Assembly: GCA_903896595.1 (NCBI GenBank)
Contig: CAITYL010000021.1
Location: 852 to 64,851, forward strand
Direction: 5' to 3'
Length of the DNA: 64,000 nt
From: an uncultured Lentisphaerota bacterium
Lineage (GTDB): Bacteria; Verrucomicrobiota; Lentisphaeria; Oligosphaerales; CAITYL01
Position numbers and translations under genes: made by a program. How positions within the stretch are numbered: position 1 is the first letter of the stretch; every line of letters starts with the position of its first letter. Under the pieces are notes generated by a model. It was not told the origin of the DNA, did not search any database, and worked only from the letters and a program-made list of their open reading frames with translations. Positions 35,413 through 44,181 of the stretch are shown piece after piece.

Positions 35413-38400
35413 CTAGGGCGCCGGCGGTGCCGGCGCCAAAAGCCACGTCAAACTCTGCCCCATAAATTTGCCATTGCCAATCCCGGGCCGGCATTCCAGG
35501 TAGCCGAGACGGCCGGCGCCGTCGTTGTCATTGAGAATGAAATTCATCGGGAGCCGCGCGCCCGCTTCGCCGCGCAACGGCGCCAGCGCCGTCCAGGGAA
35601 TGGCCACTTCATAAACCAGGCGGCCGGCCAATTCTTTTATGGCGATATGGGCGCCGGGTACCGGGCCGACCCCGCCGCCGGGAGCAACCAGCTGGTAAAC
35701 CTCGGGACCGCGGGCGGTCTTGGCAATCAGAATCTCGTAGAGCGGCGCCTGCGTTCCGCCAAAGGTGAACTGGAATCCGTCGCCCATCCAGGTGGCGCCG
35801 CCGGTGGCCGGCTGGAAATGCACGTTGTCGCTGACGTCGGCGGCGATATACAACACCTCCGCATCCCATTGGAACCACAGGCGGCCGGACAGATCCGCCG
35901 GCCCATGCCACCAGGAGACATCAGGCCGAACCTGTCCTGGCTCGCCCAGTTGGAAGGCCGGGCTCCGGGGCCAGTCGTCCAAGGAGCCATCCACGGTCAC
36001 CGGCCGGGTGCGCCGGGGAATGCAAGCAGATGACACCGCGCGGTCCAGGGTGAACGGCAGGCCGTTGACGCTGCCGCTGAAGCGCGCAGACAGGCTTTCC
36101 GGTACCGTCCCCAGCTTCACGGTGTAAGCCAAATCCAGCGAACGCCCCGGAGCCAAATTCACCGCCACCGCCCCGGCCGGCGTCACCTGGGCATCAGGCA
36201 CGCTCATCGCCACCGAGCCCCGGAGCGGCGCCACGCCGCCATTGGTGAGCCGCGCGTTCAGCGTAAAAACACCGTTGCGCAAGGGTGCCATCAGCGGCGC
36301 CACCGCTAACGTAAACGGCAAGGCGACTTCACACTCCACGGGAGCGTCGTCGCAACCGCTGGCTTGCAACCGTAACGTCACCGGGCCGGGAAGCGCGCCA
36401 GCCGCCAAAGACACGGTGAACGCGCCATCCATCTCGTCACGGGACGCACAAGCAAGCGGCCCGGGCGCCGCCGTCAACGTCCAGCCGGCGGGCATGGTCA
36501 GTCGCGGCGTGACCGTGACCGGCCGGTCGCCGCCATTGACCACGGAAAACGGGATCTGGAACGGTTGTCCCGGAAATGCCGGCCCCAGGCGCGGCACCGC
36601 CAGGAACAGTGGCCGCGGCGACCGGGCGGGCGGAAGCACATCCACCGGCCGGGGTATCGGCGCTTCCGCCCGGCGGGCCTGAAACAGCACCACCACCGGG
36701 GCACCGCCCACGGTAAGTCGCAACTGGCCGCCTGCAACGGACCGAAACGTCCGCGTGCCGTCGATCGCCACCAATTCCACACCGGAACCGGCCGCCAAAT
36801 CAGGCAGGGGCAGTTCAATTTCCCGTGCCCGGTCGTCGGCGCTCCACAGCGCCAGAGCGGCCCGGCCGTCGCGCAACCGGTAGCGCCAGGCCGCGCAGCC
36901 CGGCGGGACCGCGGCGGCGCGCCCCAGCCCGCGCGCCCCGTCCAAGGTCTTGGCCACGGTCAAGTACGCATAAAACGCCGGTTTGGGCCGGCCGTCGCCC
37001 CGGAACAGGCCGAAATAGCCCTCCTGGTCGGTCGGCGCCGCCGGATAATCACCGGAACAGTACCAAAACATCTTGTACTTCTCCACCGCCGCGCAGGTCA
37101 GGTAAAGCTGGGCCAGTAATTCGGCCTGCCGCGATTCGCTGACGCCGCCCACCGGCTGCGACGGCCAGCCGAACTCGGTCATCCATACCGGCCGCCCGGC
37201 GGCGCCGTTGTCCGCCAGCACCTTTTCCAGCGAGGCGAGCTGCGACAGCATCAGTTCCGGGTTGTAGGCGTGACACCACTGGTAGGGATGCACGGTGACG
37301 AAATCGCAATAGCCGCCCACCCCGTTGCGGAGTCCGCCGGTGATGAACGGCAGGTTGATGCCCGCCGTGGAAAAGGCGCCGACAAAACAGGCCGGATCCG
37401 CCTGTTTGGCCATCACGTACGCCGCCTTGACCAGCGCCGCATAGTGCGGGGGCGGCACCGGCGCCAAGTCCGGTTCGTTGCTGACTTCCCAGCACCGGAT
37501 GCGGCCGCGATAGCGCGACACCACCCGGTAAACCCAGTTTCCCCAGTCCATCAATCGCGGTATTTTTTCCCCGGCCGCCAACGACGCATAACCGCTGTGA
37601 GCCGCGCTGCCCGCCGAGGCGTGGTCCTGCCGGACGCCGCCCGGCTGATAGACATATTGGAAACGGCGCGGATTGAAGATGCCCAGGACCATGATCCGGT
37701 CCCGCGCCGCATTGGCCATAATGGCATCCAAGCCTTTGACATTTTCTTCAAAGGTCAGGTCGGGCCGGTAATCCAGATCCACGCGGATCCACTTGATGCC
37801 GGCCGGCGTCAGCATGGCGGTGTCCAAGCTCTTGTGGCACAGCCCGAAAACGCTTTCCGGTTCCAGCGCGCCGGCCGTCCGGTCCGGCACCCCGGCCAGT
37901 TCCGCCCGTGCCGCCGTCACCATGGCGCCGTCCGGCGCCGTCAACCGGGCGCGGGCGACAAAGCTCCGGCCCGGCGGGAAGCGGACCGGGAAGGTCGCGT
38001 GCATCTCCCCGGTCCCGGACTGCGGCATCGCCACCGCCCGCGTTGCCGTTGCCACGGCCTTGCCCGCGGCGTCCGCAACTTCCAAATGGAGCTGATAGCC
38101 TGGGGTGGGCGGATTGCGGTACCCAGTCAGCGCGAACGTCACGCGTTCGCTGCCGGTGGTGGCCACCAGGCCGCCGCCGGTATAACGAAGTTCCGCGTCA
38201 CCCCAGGGGGAAAGCGTCGCCGCCACTTCCAGGTCCGCCAGTTCCAACGTCCCCGAACGGGCCGCCCCGGCACTCCAGCCCAGGGTCACATCCTGCAAGT
38301 AGGCCGGCGGATGCAGTACGCCATCATTATCCCCACCCCAGTGGCTTTCGGTGGCGGCGATGGGGATCTCCACGGTTTTCCACCCGGTCCAGTCCACCTT

Positions 38401-38796
38401 GCCCAGCGTCCACTGAAACGTCTGGCCGCTAGCGTCGGTGTAGCGGAAGGACAGCGTGATCCCCGGCTTTTCCGCGTAAATCCGCATCCGGTAGGCGGAC
38501 GGCGTTCCCCAACATTTGAAGCGGTGGCCGATGGCGGCAAAGCTGTCCGTAGTGGCCGTAGGCTCAAATTCCCAGCCGAGTTTCAGGCTGGCGCGGCCCG
38601 CTACTGACGGCTGATCCTGGGAAACGGTCGTTTCGGTGATGCGGGCCGGGCCGTTGGCGTAGCTCCAACCGGAAAACGGCGCCACGGTAAAATCCGGCAA
38701 CGGTTGCCAGCCGGGCGCCACCGGCGCGGCAATCGCGGCCGCCGCCAGCACCAGCCCAGCCAAACTTGCAAAAAAAATGCGCATGAGGAATTTCAT
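35413..38796 (-). CDS. large secreted multidomain glycoside hydrolase (clan GH-A catalytic core, CBM9/DOMON-like C-terminus)
   Basis: 1127 aa. Signal peptide MKFLMRIFFASLAGLVLAAAAIAAP. IRCWEVSNEPD (acid/base) and PVWMTEFGWPSQP (nucleophile). The C-terminal DGSLDDWPRSPAF...LWFQWDAEVLYIAADVSDN is CBM9-like. Confidence 0.75.
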   Translation of the reverse strand: MKFLMRIFFASLAGLVLAAAAIAAPVAPGWQPLPDFTVAPFSGWSYANGPARITETTVSQDQPSVAGRASLKLGWEFEPTATTDSFAAIGHRFKCWGTPSAYRMRIYAEKPGITLSFRYTDASGQTFQWTLGKVDWTGWKTVEIPIAATESHWGGDNDGVLHPPAYLQDVTLGWSAGAARSGTLELADLEVAATLSPWGDAELRYTGGGLVATTGSERVTFALTGYRNPPTPGYQLHLEVADAAGKAVATATRAVAMPQSGTGEMHATFPVRFPPGRSFVARARLTAPDGAMVTAARAELAGVPDRTAGALEPESVFGLCHKSLDTAMLTPAGIKWIRVDLDYRPDLTFEENVKGLDAIMANAARDRIMVLGIFNPRRFQYVYQPGGVRQDHASAGSAAHSGYASLAAGEKIPRLMDWGNWVYRVVSRYRGRIRCWEVSNEPDLAPVPPPHYAALVKAAYVMAKQADPACFVGAFSTAGINLPFITGGLRNGVGGYCDFVTVHPYQWCHAYNPELMLSQLASLEKVLADNGAAGRPVWMTEFGWPSQPVGGVSESRQAELLAQLYLTCAAVEKYKMFWYCSGDYPAAPTDQEGYFGLFRGDGRPKPAFYAYLTVAKTLDGARGLGRAAAVPPGCAAWRYRLRDGRAALALWSADDRAREIELPLPDLAAGSGVELVAIDGTRTFRSVAGGQLRLTVGGAPVVVLFQARRAEAPIPRPVDVLPPARSPRPLFLAVPRLGPAFPGQPFQIPFSVVNGGDRPVTVTPRLTMPAGWTLTAAPGPLACASRDEMDGAFTVSLAAGALPGPVTLRLQASGCDDAPVECEVALPFTLAVAPLMAPLRNGVFTLNARLTNGGVAPLRGSVAMSVPDAQVTPAGAVAVNLAPGRSLDLAYTVKLGTVPESLSARFSGSVNGLPFTLDRAVSSACIPRRTRPVTVDGSLDDWPRSPAFQLGEPGQVRPDVSWWHGPADLSGRLWFQWDAEVLYIAADVSDNVHFQPATGGATWMGDGFQFTFGGTQAPLYEILIAKTARGPEVYQLVAPGGGVGPVPGAHIAIKELAGRLVYEVAIPWTALAPLRGEAGARLPMNFILNDNDGAGRLGYLECRPGIGNGKFMGQSLTWLLAPAPPAP

Positions 38797-38842
38797 TCGC
38801 CTTTCGTGACGATTCAGCGCGAGTCCAAACTTGTCCAGCCCA

Positions 38843-38903
38843 GGCTTGGAGTTCCCACTTCAGTGGGGGCTGTTCGCAAGGTACCGCCTGAAGGCGGAAC
38901 TCC
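38843..38903. repeat. hairpin-module element H, copy 2 (same modules, permuted order)
   Basis: ggcttggagttcccacttcagtgggggctgttcgcaaggtaccgcctgaaggcggaactcc. Ends 47 nt before the start codon of the 1127-aa hydrolase (minus strand). Confidence 0.8.
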
Positions 38904-38937
38904 GAACCCTAGAGCCGTTTTCAAAAGTCCCCATCAA

Positions 38938-38983
38938 GGTGGCACCGTTTTTGGAGTGCGGCAATTCCTTTGCCGCTTTTTAA
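38938..38983. repeat. repeat family F, copy 2
   Basis: ggtggcaccgtttttggagtgcggcaattcctttgccgctttttaa. Terminator-like, but the T-run is on the strand opposite to the flanking genes. Confidence 0.8.
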
Positions 38984-39035
38984 TGCCCGACTTGAGGAAC
39001 TGAAACCCTCTTGATTCAGTCAAAACACGTTTGAA

Positions 39036-39109
39036 CAGAAGATCGCGAAGACCGCAAAGAACGTACTTACACACACAATTCAAACCTTCGCGACCTTTGC
39101 TTCCTTCTG
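39036..39109. repeat. imperfect palindrome of CGCGAAG/GCAAAG periodic words
   Basis: cagaagatcgcgaagaccgcaaagaacg ... ccttcgcgacctttgcttccttctg. The outer 6 bp pair perfectly. The inner words are similar but in shuffled order. Confidence 0.6.
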
Positions 39110-39159
39110 TTAAAAATCCGACATTTGAAAGCACCTCCCTAACCTGGATTATCGTGAGT

Positions 39160-39232
39160 GTGGCAAAGGGCTTGTAGCCCGCCCAATCGAAACGTGGCAG
39201 TTCAAAGAGCGCGATGCAATCGCTTTGTTACC
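39160..39232. repeat. repeat family B, copy 2
   Basis: gtggcaaagggcttgtagcccgcccaatcgaaacgtggcagttcaaagagcgcgatgcaatcgctttgttacc. Confidence 0.8.
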
Positions 39233-39250
39233 CCGAAAGCCGCGGCCACC

Positions 39251-39919
39251 TCAACGAAAATATTGATTGCCGTTGACCTGGTAAAACAGCTGGCGGTTGG
39301 CGCTGGGGAAGTTGGTCACATGACCGTCGCCCATCACGGCATTGGCACTGGTGCGGTGGTTCGCCGAGTTTTGGTTCTGCAAATCCATGAACAACACCCC
39401 CTCTGTCAAGCGGTCGGCGGTATTGCGCTTGAGGGAGAATCCGCCGTTGCGGAAGTAATTATCGGACGGCGGATAGGCGAAATAACCATAGGAAAGATAA
39501 GAAATCTTGCCAATGGCGTCGTCGCTCGGATGCCACCAGCCCCACCAGTTGTTTTCCGGGCAAAAGTCTTTGTTGGCCGGGCAATAGAACATCGTATGGC
39601 TGATATAAGTTCCTGGTCCGAAACGATCATCCCAGGTTTTGCCAGGATTGACCAGGGGCCCGGTCAGGGTCGCGGAACAGACGGTGTTTGGATCCAGCAG
39701 GCCGTCCCAGGTGCCGATCGGGTATTGCAGCGGGAACCAGCTGTTGTAGTCGCCGGCATAGGAATGCAGCGCCAGGCCGAGCTGGCGCAGGTTGGAGCCG
39801 CAGACCGCCAGTCTGGCCCGGTCCTTGGCCCCGCTGAGCGCCGGCAACAGCATGCTCGCCAAAATGGAAATGATGGCGATCACCACCAACAGCTCAATAA
39901 GAGTAAAAGCACGTTTCAT
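39251..39919 (-). CDS. prepilin-type N-terminal cleavage/methylation domain protein with H-X9-DG motif
   Basis: [32 protein letters not shown] plus C-terminal [13 protein letters not shown]. Confidence 0.9.
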   Translation of the reverse strand: MKRAFTLIELLVVIAIISILASMLLPALSGAKDRARLAVCGSNLRQLGLALHSYAGDYNSWFPLQYPIGTWDGLLDPNTVCSATLTGPLVNPGKTWDDRFGPGTYISHTMFYCPANKDFCPENNWWGWWHPSDDAIGKISYLSYGYFAYPPSDNYFRNGGFSLKRNTADRLTEGVLFMDLQNQNSANHRTSANAVMGDGHVTNFPSANRQLFYQVNGNQYFR

Positions 39920-39970
39920 GAGTAAAAAAACCGTGCGGTTGGGGATGTGCTACAACGGAGATAGGGCAGA

Positions 39971-40053
39971 CTCTGTGGACTTGGTGGACCCTGTGGACCC
40001 TGTGGACGTTTGGGCGCCGTCCACCAGGTCCACCCAGTCCACCGGGTCCACGC
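39971..40053. repeat. 9-nt periodic word palindrome, GTGGAC/GTCCAC type
   Basis: ctct gtggacttg gtggaccct gtggaccct gtggac gtttgggcgcc gtccaccag gtccaccca gtccaccgg gtccacgcc. Lies between the PEP-CTERM stop (40073) and the pseudopilin start (39919). Confidence 0.9.
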
Positions 40054-40072
40054 CTTTTTTCAGGTGGAGCGT

Positions 40073-40897
40073 TCAGCGCCGGCGGCGGCCGCCCAGGGCC
40101 AGCAGGCCCAGGCCGAGCAGCGACAGCGCGGCGGGTTCCGGCACCGCCAGGGTGATGTCGTCCGCCTTCATGTACATGTTGCCGCCGCCGCTATAGACAT
40201 TGGCCAAGGCAAAGGTGTCCAAGGAAAAGTGATCGCCGGCGCCCAGCGTCACGGTGGAGGTGCCGATGGTGGTTGCGGTAGTCACGTCGGTCAGAGTAAA
40301 ATACAAATTGCGGATGGCGGCCTGATAGGTCACATCCAAACTGTAGGTATGGCTGATGTCGCCAATTTTCAGCCCGGCGCCGTTCAAGGTTAAAGCGGCG
40401 GAGGTGATGACTTGGGGCGTAAAGAGATACGCGCCGGGATAATTCGTTCCTGCCCACGGATAATAGTCAGTCCCCACGATCCTGACCCGCACGCTGTCAG
40501 AACCGCCGGCTTTGCTCAGTCCGGCATCCATCTCCCCATACCATGACCATCCAATGTATTGCGAAGAATCCGCCAATTTCAGGGAGTAACTAAAACCGGT
40601 GGCATCGGTAAGAGTCACTCCGGCGGCGCGCGAAAAATTGGAAGAGGTATCATACTCATTTTGCCAAGCCAAATTGCTGTTGGCCGAGGACCAGGCGAAT
40701 GCGTTCTTGCCCGACGCATTGGACTGTGTCCACGCGCCGGCCGGCGTCACCGGATTGCTGTTAAAATTCTCTGTCCACAGGGTGGTCATGGCGGCCGAGG
40801 CCGCCGCAGTGGTCGCCAGCAGGGCGAGACCGGCCCAGGCTAGACCAACGCTGATCTTCCGGCCCGGGGTCGTGTTGCGGATCGTGTTTGTTTTCAT
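40073..40897 (-). CDS. PEP-CTERM sorting-domain secreted protein (beta-sandwich-like)
   Basis: Signal-like N-terminus ...ISVGLAWAGLALLATTAAASAA. C-terminus VPEPAALSLLGLGLLALGGRRRR. Confidence 0.85.
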   Translation of the reverse strand: MKTNTIRNTTPGRKISVGLAWAGLALLATTAAASAAMTTLWTENFNSNPVTPAGAWTQSNASGKNAFAWSSANSNLAWQNEYDTSSNFSRAAGVTLTDATGFSYSLKLADSSQYIGWSWYGEMDAGLSKAGGSDSVRVRIVGTDYYPWAGTNYPGAYLFTPQVITSAALTLNGAGLKIGDISHTYSLDVTYQAAIRNLYFTLTDVTTATTIGTSTVTLGAGDHFSLDTFALANVYSGGGNMYMKADDITLAVPEPAALSLLGLGLLALGGRRRR

Positions 40898-42009
40898 GCT
40901 CGGGTTCTCCTTGGGTTGGGGGACATGGTATTGGCAACCACGGAACAGGACTCACGTTCCACCAGCGGGGACGTGCAAAGCACGGAATGCGACGACGCAT
41001 CACCTTTGGCCTTCAGCAATTCCAGCAGGAGTTTGACGGCGCTTCGCCCCATGGCCATGGACGGATATTGCAGGGAGGTCAGCGAGGGGGACAGCGATTC
41101 GCAGATGCGGATGTCATTGTCGAAGCCGATGACCGAAACCTCCCGCCCGGCGCGCCAACCGCGTTTTTCAAAATACCGATAAACCCCAATGGCCTGCCAG
41201 TCATTGGCGGCCAGCACCGCCGTGGGTGCGTCCGGGCCACAAAACAGCGGTTCCAACAGTTCGTCCAAAACCGGCGGCTTGGTTTCCGCCCGCCGCACCC
41301 GCCGTTCGTCCCCCACCAAATCGCGCACCGCCTCGAATCGGGCGTCCGTGCCCAACCCCAACTGTTGCCGGGCCTCGCGGTAGGCCGCCAGCCGTTCCGC
41401 GAAGTCCGCATGGGTCGGCTCCCGGTTGACAAAACCGATCTTGCGGTGCCCCAGAGCGTGCAGTTTTTCCATGGCCTGAAACACCGCCTGCCGGTTGTCC
41501 ACGTTCACGGTTGACAACGCCGGCCCCCCCGGACAGGACCCGATCACCACCGCGGAGGTCAAGGCCCGGATTTGGGCGCCAAAAGCCGGGGTGATCGCGC
41601 CAAACAGAATGACCCCTTCCACTTTCCGGTCCAGCAACAACTTCGGGATGCTCTCCAAGTCCATGGTGTTGGAAATCAGCAGGTGATACCCGTTTTCCGA
41701 CAGCGCGGTCTGAATGGCATTGACCAGACTGATGACCAGCGGCAACTCCAGCATGCTGTATTCGGTGTTCGGCAGCACAAAGCCGATGTTGCCCGACCAA
41801 ATTCCTTCGCGGGCGGACGGCTGGTTGCGCCGGAGCGAGCGCGCCACCGAGTCCGGGCGATAGCCCAGCTCCAGGATCGCCTCCTGCACGGCGCCGCGGG
41901 ACTGGGTCGAAACCCGCGGGTGGCCGTTCAGCACCCGGGAGGCGGTGCCGATCGAGACGTTCGCCCGCCGGGCGACATCATCCAAGGTGACTTTTTCGCT
42001 CCTGCCCAC
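40894..42009 (-). CDS. LacI family transcriptional regulator
   Basis: VTLDDVARRANVSIGTASRVLNGHPRVSTQSRGAVQEAILELGYRPDSVARSLR is the LacI HTH, followed by a PBP sugar-binding core. GTG start at 42009. The stop overlaps the PEP-CTERM gene start (4-nt overlap). Confidence 0.9.
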   Translation of the reverse strand: MGRSEKVTLDDVARRANVSIGTASRVLNGHPRVSTQSRGAVQEAILELGYRPDSVARSLRRNQPSAREGIWSGNIGFVLPNTEYSMLELPLVISLVNAIQTALSENGYHLLISNTMDLESIPKLLLDRKVEGVILFGAITPAFGAQIRALTSAVVIGSCPGGPALSTVNVDNRQAVFQAMEKLHALGHRKIGFVNREPTHADFAERLAAYREARQQLGLGTDARFEAVRDLVGDERRVRRAETKPPVLDELLEPLFCGPDAPTAVLAANDWQAIGVYRYFEKRGWRAGREVSVIGFDNDIRICESLSPSLTSLQYPSMAMGRSAVKLLLELLKAKGDASSHSVLCTSPLVERESCSVVANTMSPNPRRTRA

Positions 42010-42038
42010 TGCCGTAACCCCGCTTGAGTTAGCGTTAC

Positions 42039-42053
42039 AATGAATCGTTTACA
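42039..42053. promoter_or_regulatory. candidate LacI-family operator upstream of the LacI/PEP-CTERM operon
   Basis: AATGAATCGTTTACA (reverse strand TGTAAACGATTCATT) fits the TG-AA-CG-TT-CA LacI/GalR-type half-site pattern around a central CG. Located 30-45 nt upstream of the GTG start at 42009. Confidence 0.3.
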
Positions 42054-42214
42054 CAGCACTATAACATGAAGCGGACGTTTGGCAAGCGAGAGGCATTCCA
42101 CGGGGGTATACAAGGGTGTTGGTGGAAGAACGATGCTGGCGCCGCTGGAAAGGGCGCAGACCGCATTATTGTACGTCTCTAGCCGGCACACATCTGTCCA
42201 CGGAAGTCTGTACA

Positions 42215-42760
42215 ATGACATTAAAAACGACCATCGGGAACGTCCAAGAAAGACTGCTCCGGATATACCGTGAGCTTTCCGGCGAGCGTCGCGTGGATCT
42301 GAAATCACAGATGTGCCGCATGTGGAAAGACCCGACGATTGAAATTGTGTTCGGCAGCGATGAACTTGCCGTTTTAGAGAATGAATTTGGAATCAAATTC
42401 GACGACGACTCCGCACAGGATCTTTATGAGACGAACTTGGGCGAGGCGGCCGAGCACTTGAAAACCATGATTCTTGCCCAACGGACGACGCCGCACGATC
42501 CAGACGAGTTAATCAACACACGCCTGATTCTCCTGACGGCTTCACTGGAGCCGGCGGTTGCCCAATTGGCCCAATCGGTTCGTGCCCTCGCAACACCCCC
42601 GATGCGAAAGCTCCGTCGCTGGCAAACTCTCGCGGCGAACGATCCGACCTCTTTCCTTTTGCTCGAGAAAATGGGCCTTACTCCCGACTACTACTATGAC
42701 GCCAAACGGTTCGGCGATGCCAATGATTCTGACGACGCTTCCTGCACGACTCCGTTTTGA
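42215..42760 (+). CDS. hypothetical protein (N-terminal segment with carrier-protein-like helix pattern)
   Basis: 181 aa from ATG 42215, in visibly lower-GC DNA. GSDELAVLENEFGIKFDDDSAQDLYETNLGEAAEHLKTMI is reminiscent of the DSLDxVELVMxLEEEFxIxIPDE helix II-III region of ACP-like proteins. No other recognisable motif. Confidence 0.5.
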   Translation: MTLKTTIGNVQERLLRIYRELSGERRVDLKSQMCRMWKDPTIEIVFGSDELAVLENEFGIKFDDDSAQDLYETNLGEAAEHLKTMILAQRTTPHDPDELINTRLILLTASLEPAVAQLAQSVRALATPPMRKLRRWQTLAANDPTSFLLLEKMGLTPDYYYDAKRFGDANDSDDASCTTPF

Positions 42761-42943
42761 AGACCGCCCGGCTTGGCGTCAGGAGCCGCCTCACCATGGA
42801 GAGGACGGTCATGAGGGGCGGGGAAATTGTGTTTACTGGGCTTATAGTGGCATTATTGAAATACTGCAATAATCTTTGTTTGTCTTTACCTGTGCTCTTT
42901 GCGCCACGCACAAAAACAGTCCGCATCCATCAAAGGCTTCTCC

Positions 42944-44017
42944 ATGGTCAGCCCCAAGAAACCACGTTCAGGAAAAAAAGCCGCCGTTCCCGCGCCCCTC
43001 GTCCCCGTGGAACTTTGGCGCCGGTTGTACGCACTGGCGGCCCGCGTGCAGGAGATGGCACCGTGGGACTGGATGGAGGAAGGGGAGACTTTCGGTGTCC
43101 GGCAGCCAGATTCCGGACAGCTCGATTTCGCCAGCGTGATGGGAATGGCCGGCACCTATCGCGCGGTAGCCATTTACCAAGGTGAAAAGGCGCTGGTGGA
43201 TTTTATCCAAACGCAATCCCACAAATTCCAGGATCTCGACCAGATGGAACGAGCGGACGCCCTTCTTTCCATCCCGCAAATCCATCTTTCATTCGCGAGC
43301 CTGCGTGAACTAACGAAAGAGGACAAAGCCGTTCTGGAAGCGCTTGGGATCTCCATCCCGCGCGGTGCCGAAGCGCCGCTGTTCCGTTGCATCCACCCGG
43401 GGTTCCACAAGTGGTTCCTGACGCCAGAGGAGGCGTCCGCACTCGCCGTGGCACTGGAGCAGGTACTGGAAATCGCGCCGCGTCAGAAACTGAACCATGA
43501 TCTGCTGTGCGGCCAGCAACGCGCAGACGAATTCCTCGTCCGCTTCCAAAACCAATCGGGCAAATGGACGGAGGAGCTTCAGCGTCTTCCCATCCCCATT
43601 CGTAGACTGTCCCTCGATCTTTCCGATGCAATCGTGCGGGCCACGGCGGAGTTGCCGCAGCGAAAAATGACCCTTGAGACGGCATTCTTCGGCACCCTCT
43701 CCGGCATCAGCGAGCACGGCGAGCGCCCGGCACGGCCGTACCTGCTCCTGCTGGTGGAGCCGGAATCTGGCATGGTGGTCGGCATGGACGTCATGCAGGT
43801 CGAAACCTCCCTGGACGATCTTTGGGCGACCCTCCCCGGCCGCATCCTGCAGGGCATCCAAAAGGCCGGCTGCCGCCCCGCGGCCCTCGCCGTTGCCGAC
43901 CCGAAGCTCGCGGCGTTGCTGGAACAGCCATTGGAACGGCTCAGCATCCGGCTGGTGGAGAGGAACGCGCTCCCCGCCCTGAACGAGGTGCGCGAGCACC
44001 TGCTGGCGCGGGCCTGA
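42944..44017 (+). CDS. conserved hypothetical protein (function unknown)
   Basis: 357 aa from ATG 42944. Coherent alpha/beta-looking sequence. The C-terminal part PYLLLLVEPESGMVVGMDVMQVETSLDDLWATLPGRILQGIQKAGCRPAALAVADPKLAALLEQPLERLSIRLV recalls an uncharacterised DUF-type domain that I cannot verify. Confidence 0.6.
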   Translation: MVSPKKPRSGKKAAVPAPLVPVELWRRLYALAARVQEMAPWDWMEEGETFGVRQPDSGQLDFASVMGMAGTYRAVAIYQGEKALVDFIQTQSHKFQDLDQMERADALLSIPQIHLSFASLRELTKEDKAVLEALGISIPRGAEAPLFRCIHPGFHKWFLTPEEASALAVALEQVLEIAPRQKLNHDLLCGQQRADEFLVRFQNQSGKWTEELQRLPIPIRRLSLDLSDAIVRATAELPQRKMTLETAFFGTLSGISEHGERPARPYLLLLVEPESGMVVGMDVMQVETSLDDLWATLPGRILQGIQKAGCRPAALAVADPKLAALLEQPLERLSIRLVERNALPALNEVREHLLARA

Positions 44018-44094
44018 GTTAAACTGATTGAATGGTGCTCATCCCCATTTTCCTGTTCCCGAACGTTTCCGGCTTGTTTTTGGGGGCTGGGGCG

Positions 44095-44136
44095 CTATAA
44101 TTATAGAATTAAACATAATGTTATGATTTATATTTA
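44095..44136. promoter_or_regulatory. AT-rich palindromic region upstream of the DUF234 ATPase gene
   Basis: Perfect 12-bp palindrome CTATAATTATAG (44095-44106) followed by aattaaacataatgttatgatttatatttaatg. Strong local GC drop. Confidence 0.3.
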
Positions 44137-44181
44137 ATGCCAGCCAGACCCCAGCGGTGGTTGGCGGTGGAGGGAGCCGCG

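Noticed and set aside
38938-38983. Family F hairpin plus T-run as the terminator of the flanking genes
   Set aside because: In two of the three copies the T-run is on the strand opposite to both neighbouring genes. In the third the element lies upstream of, not behind, the nearest co-directional gene. It is therefore called a repeat, not a terminator.
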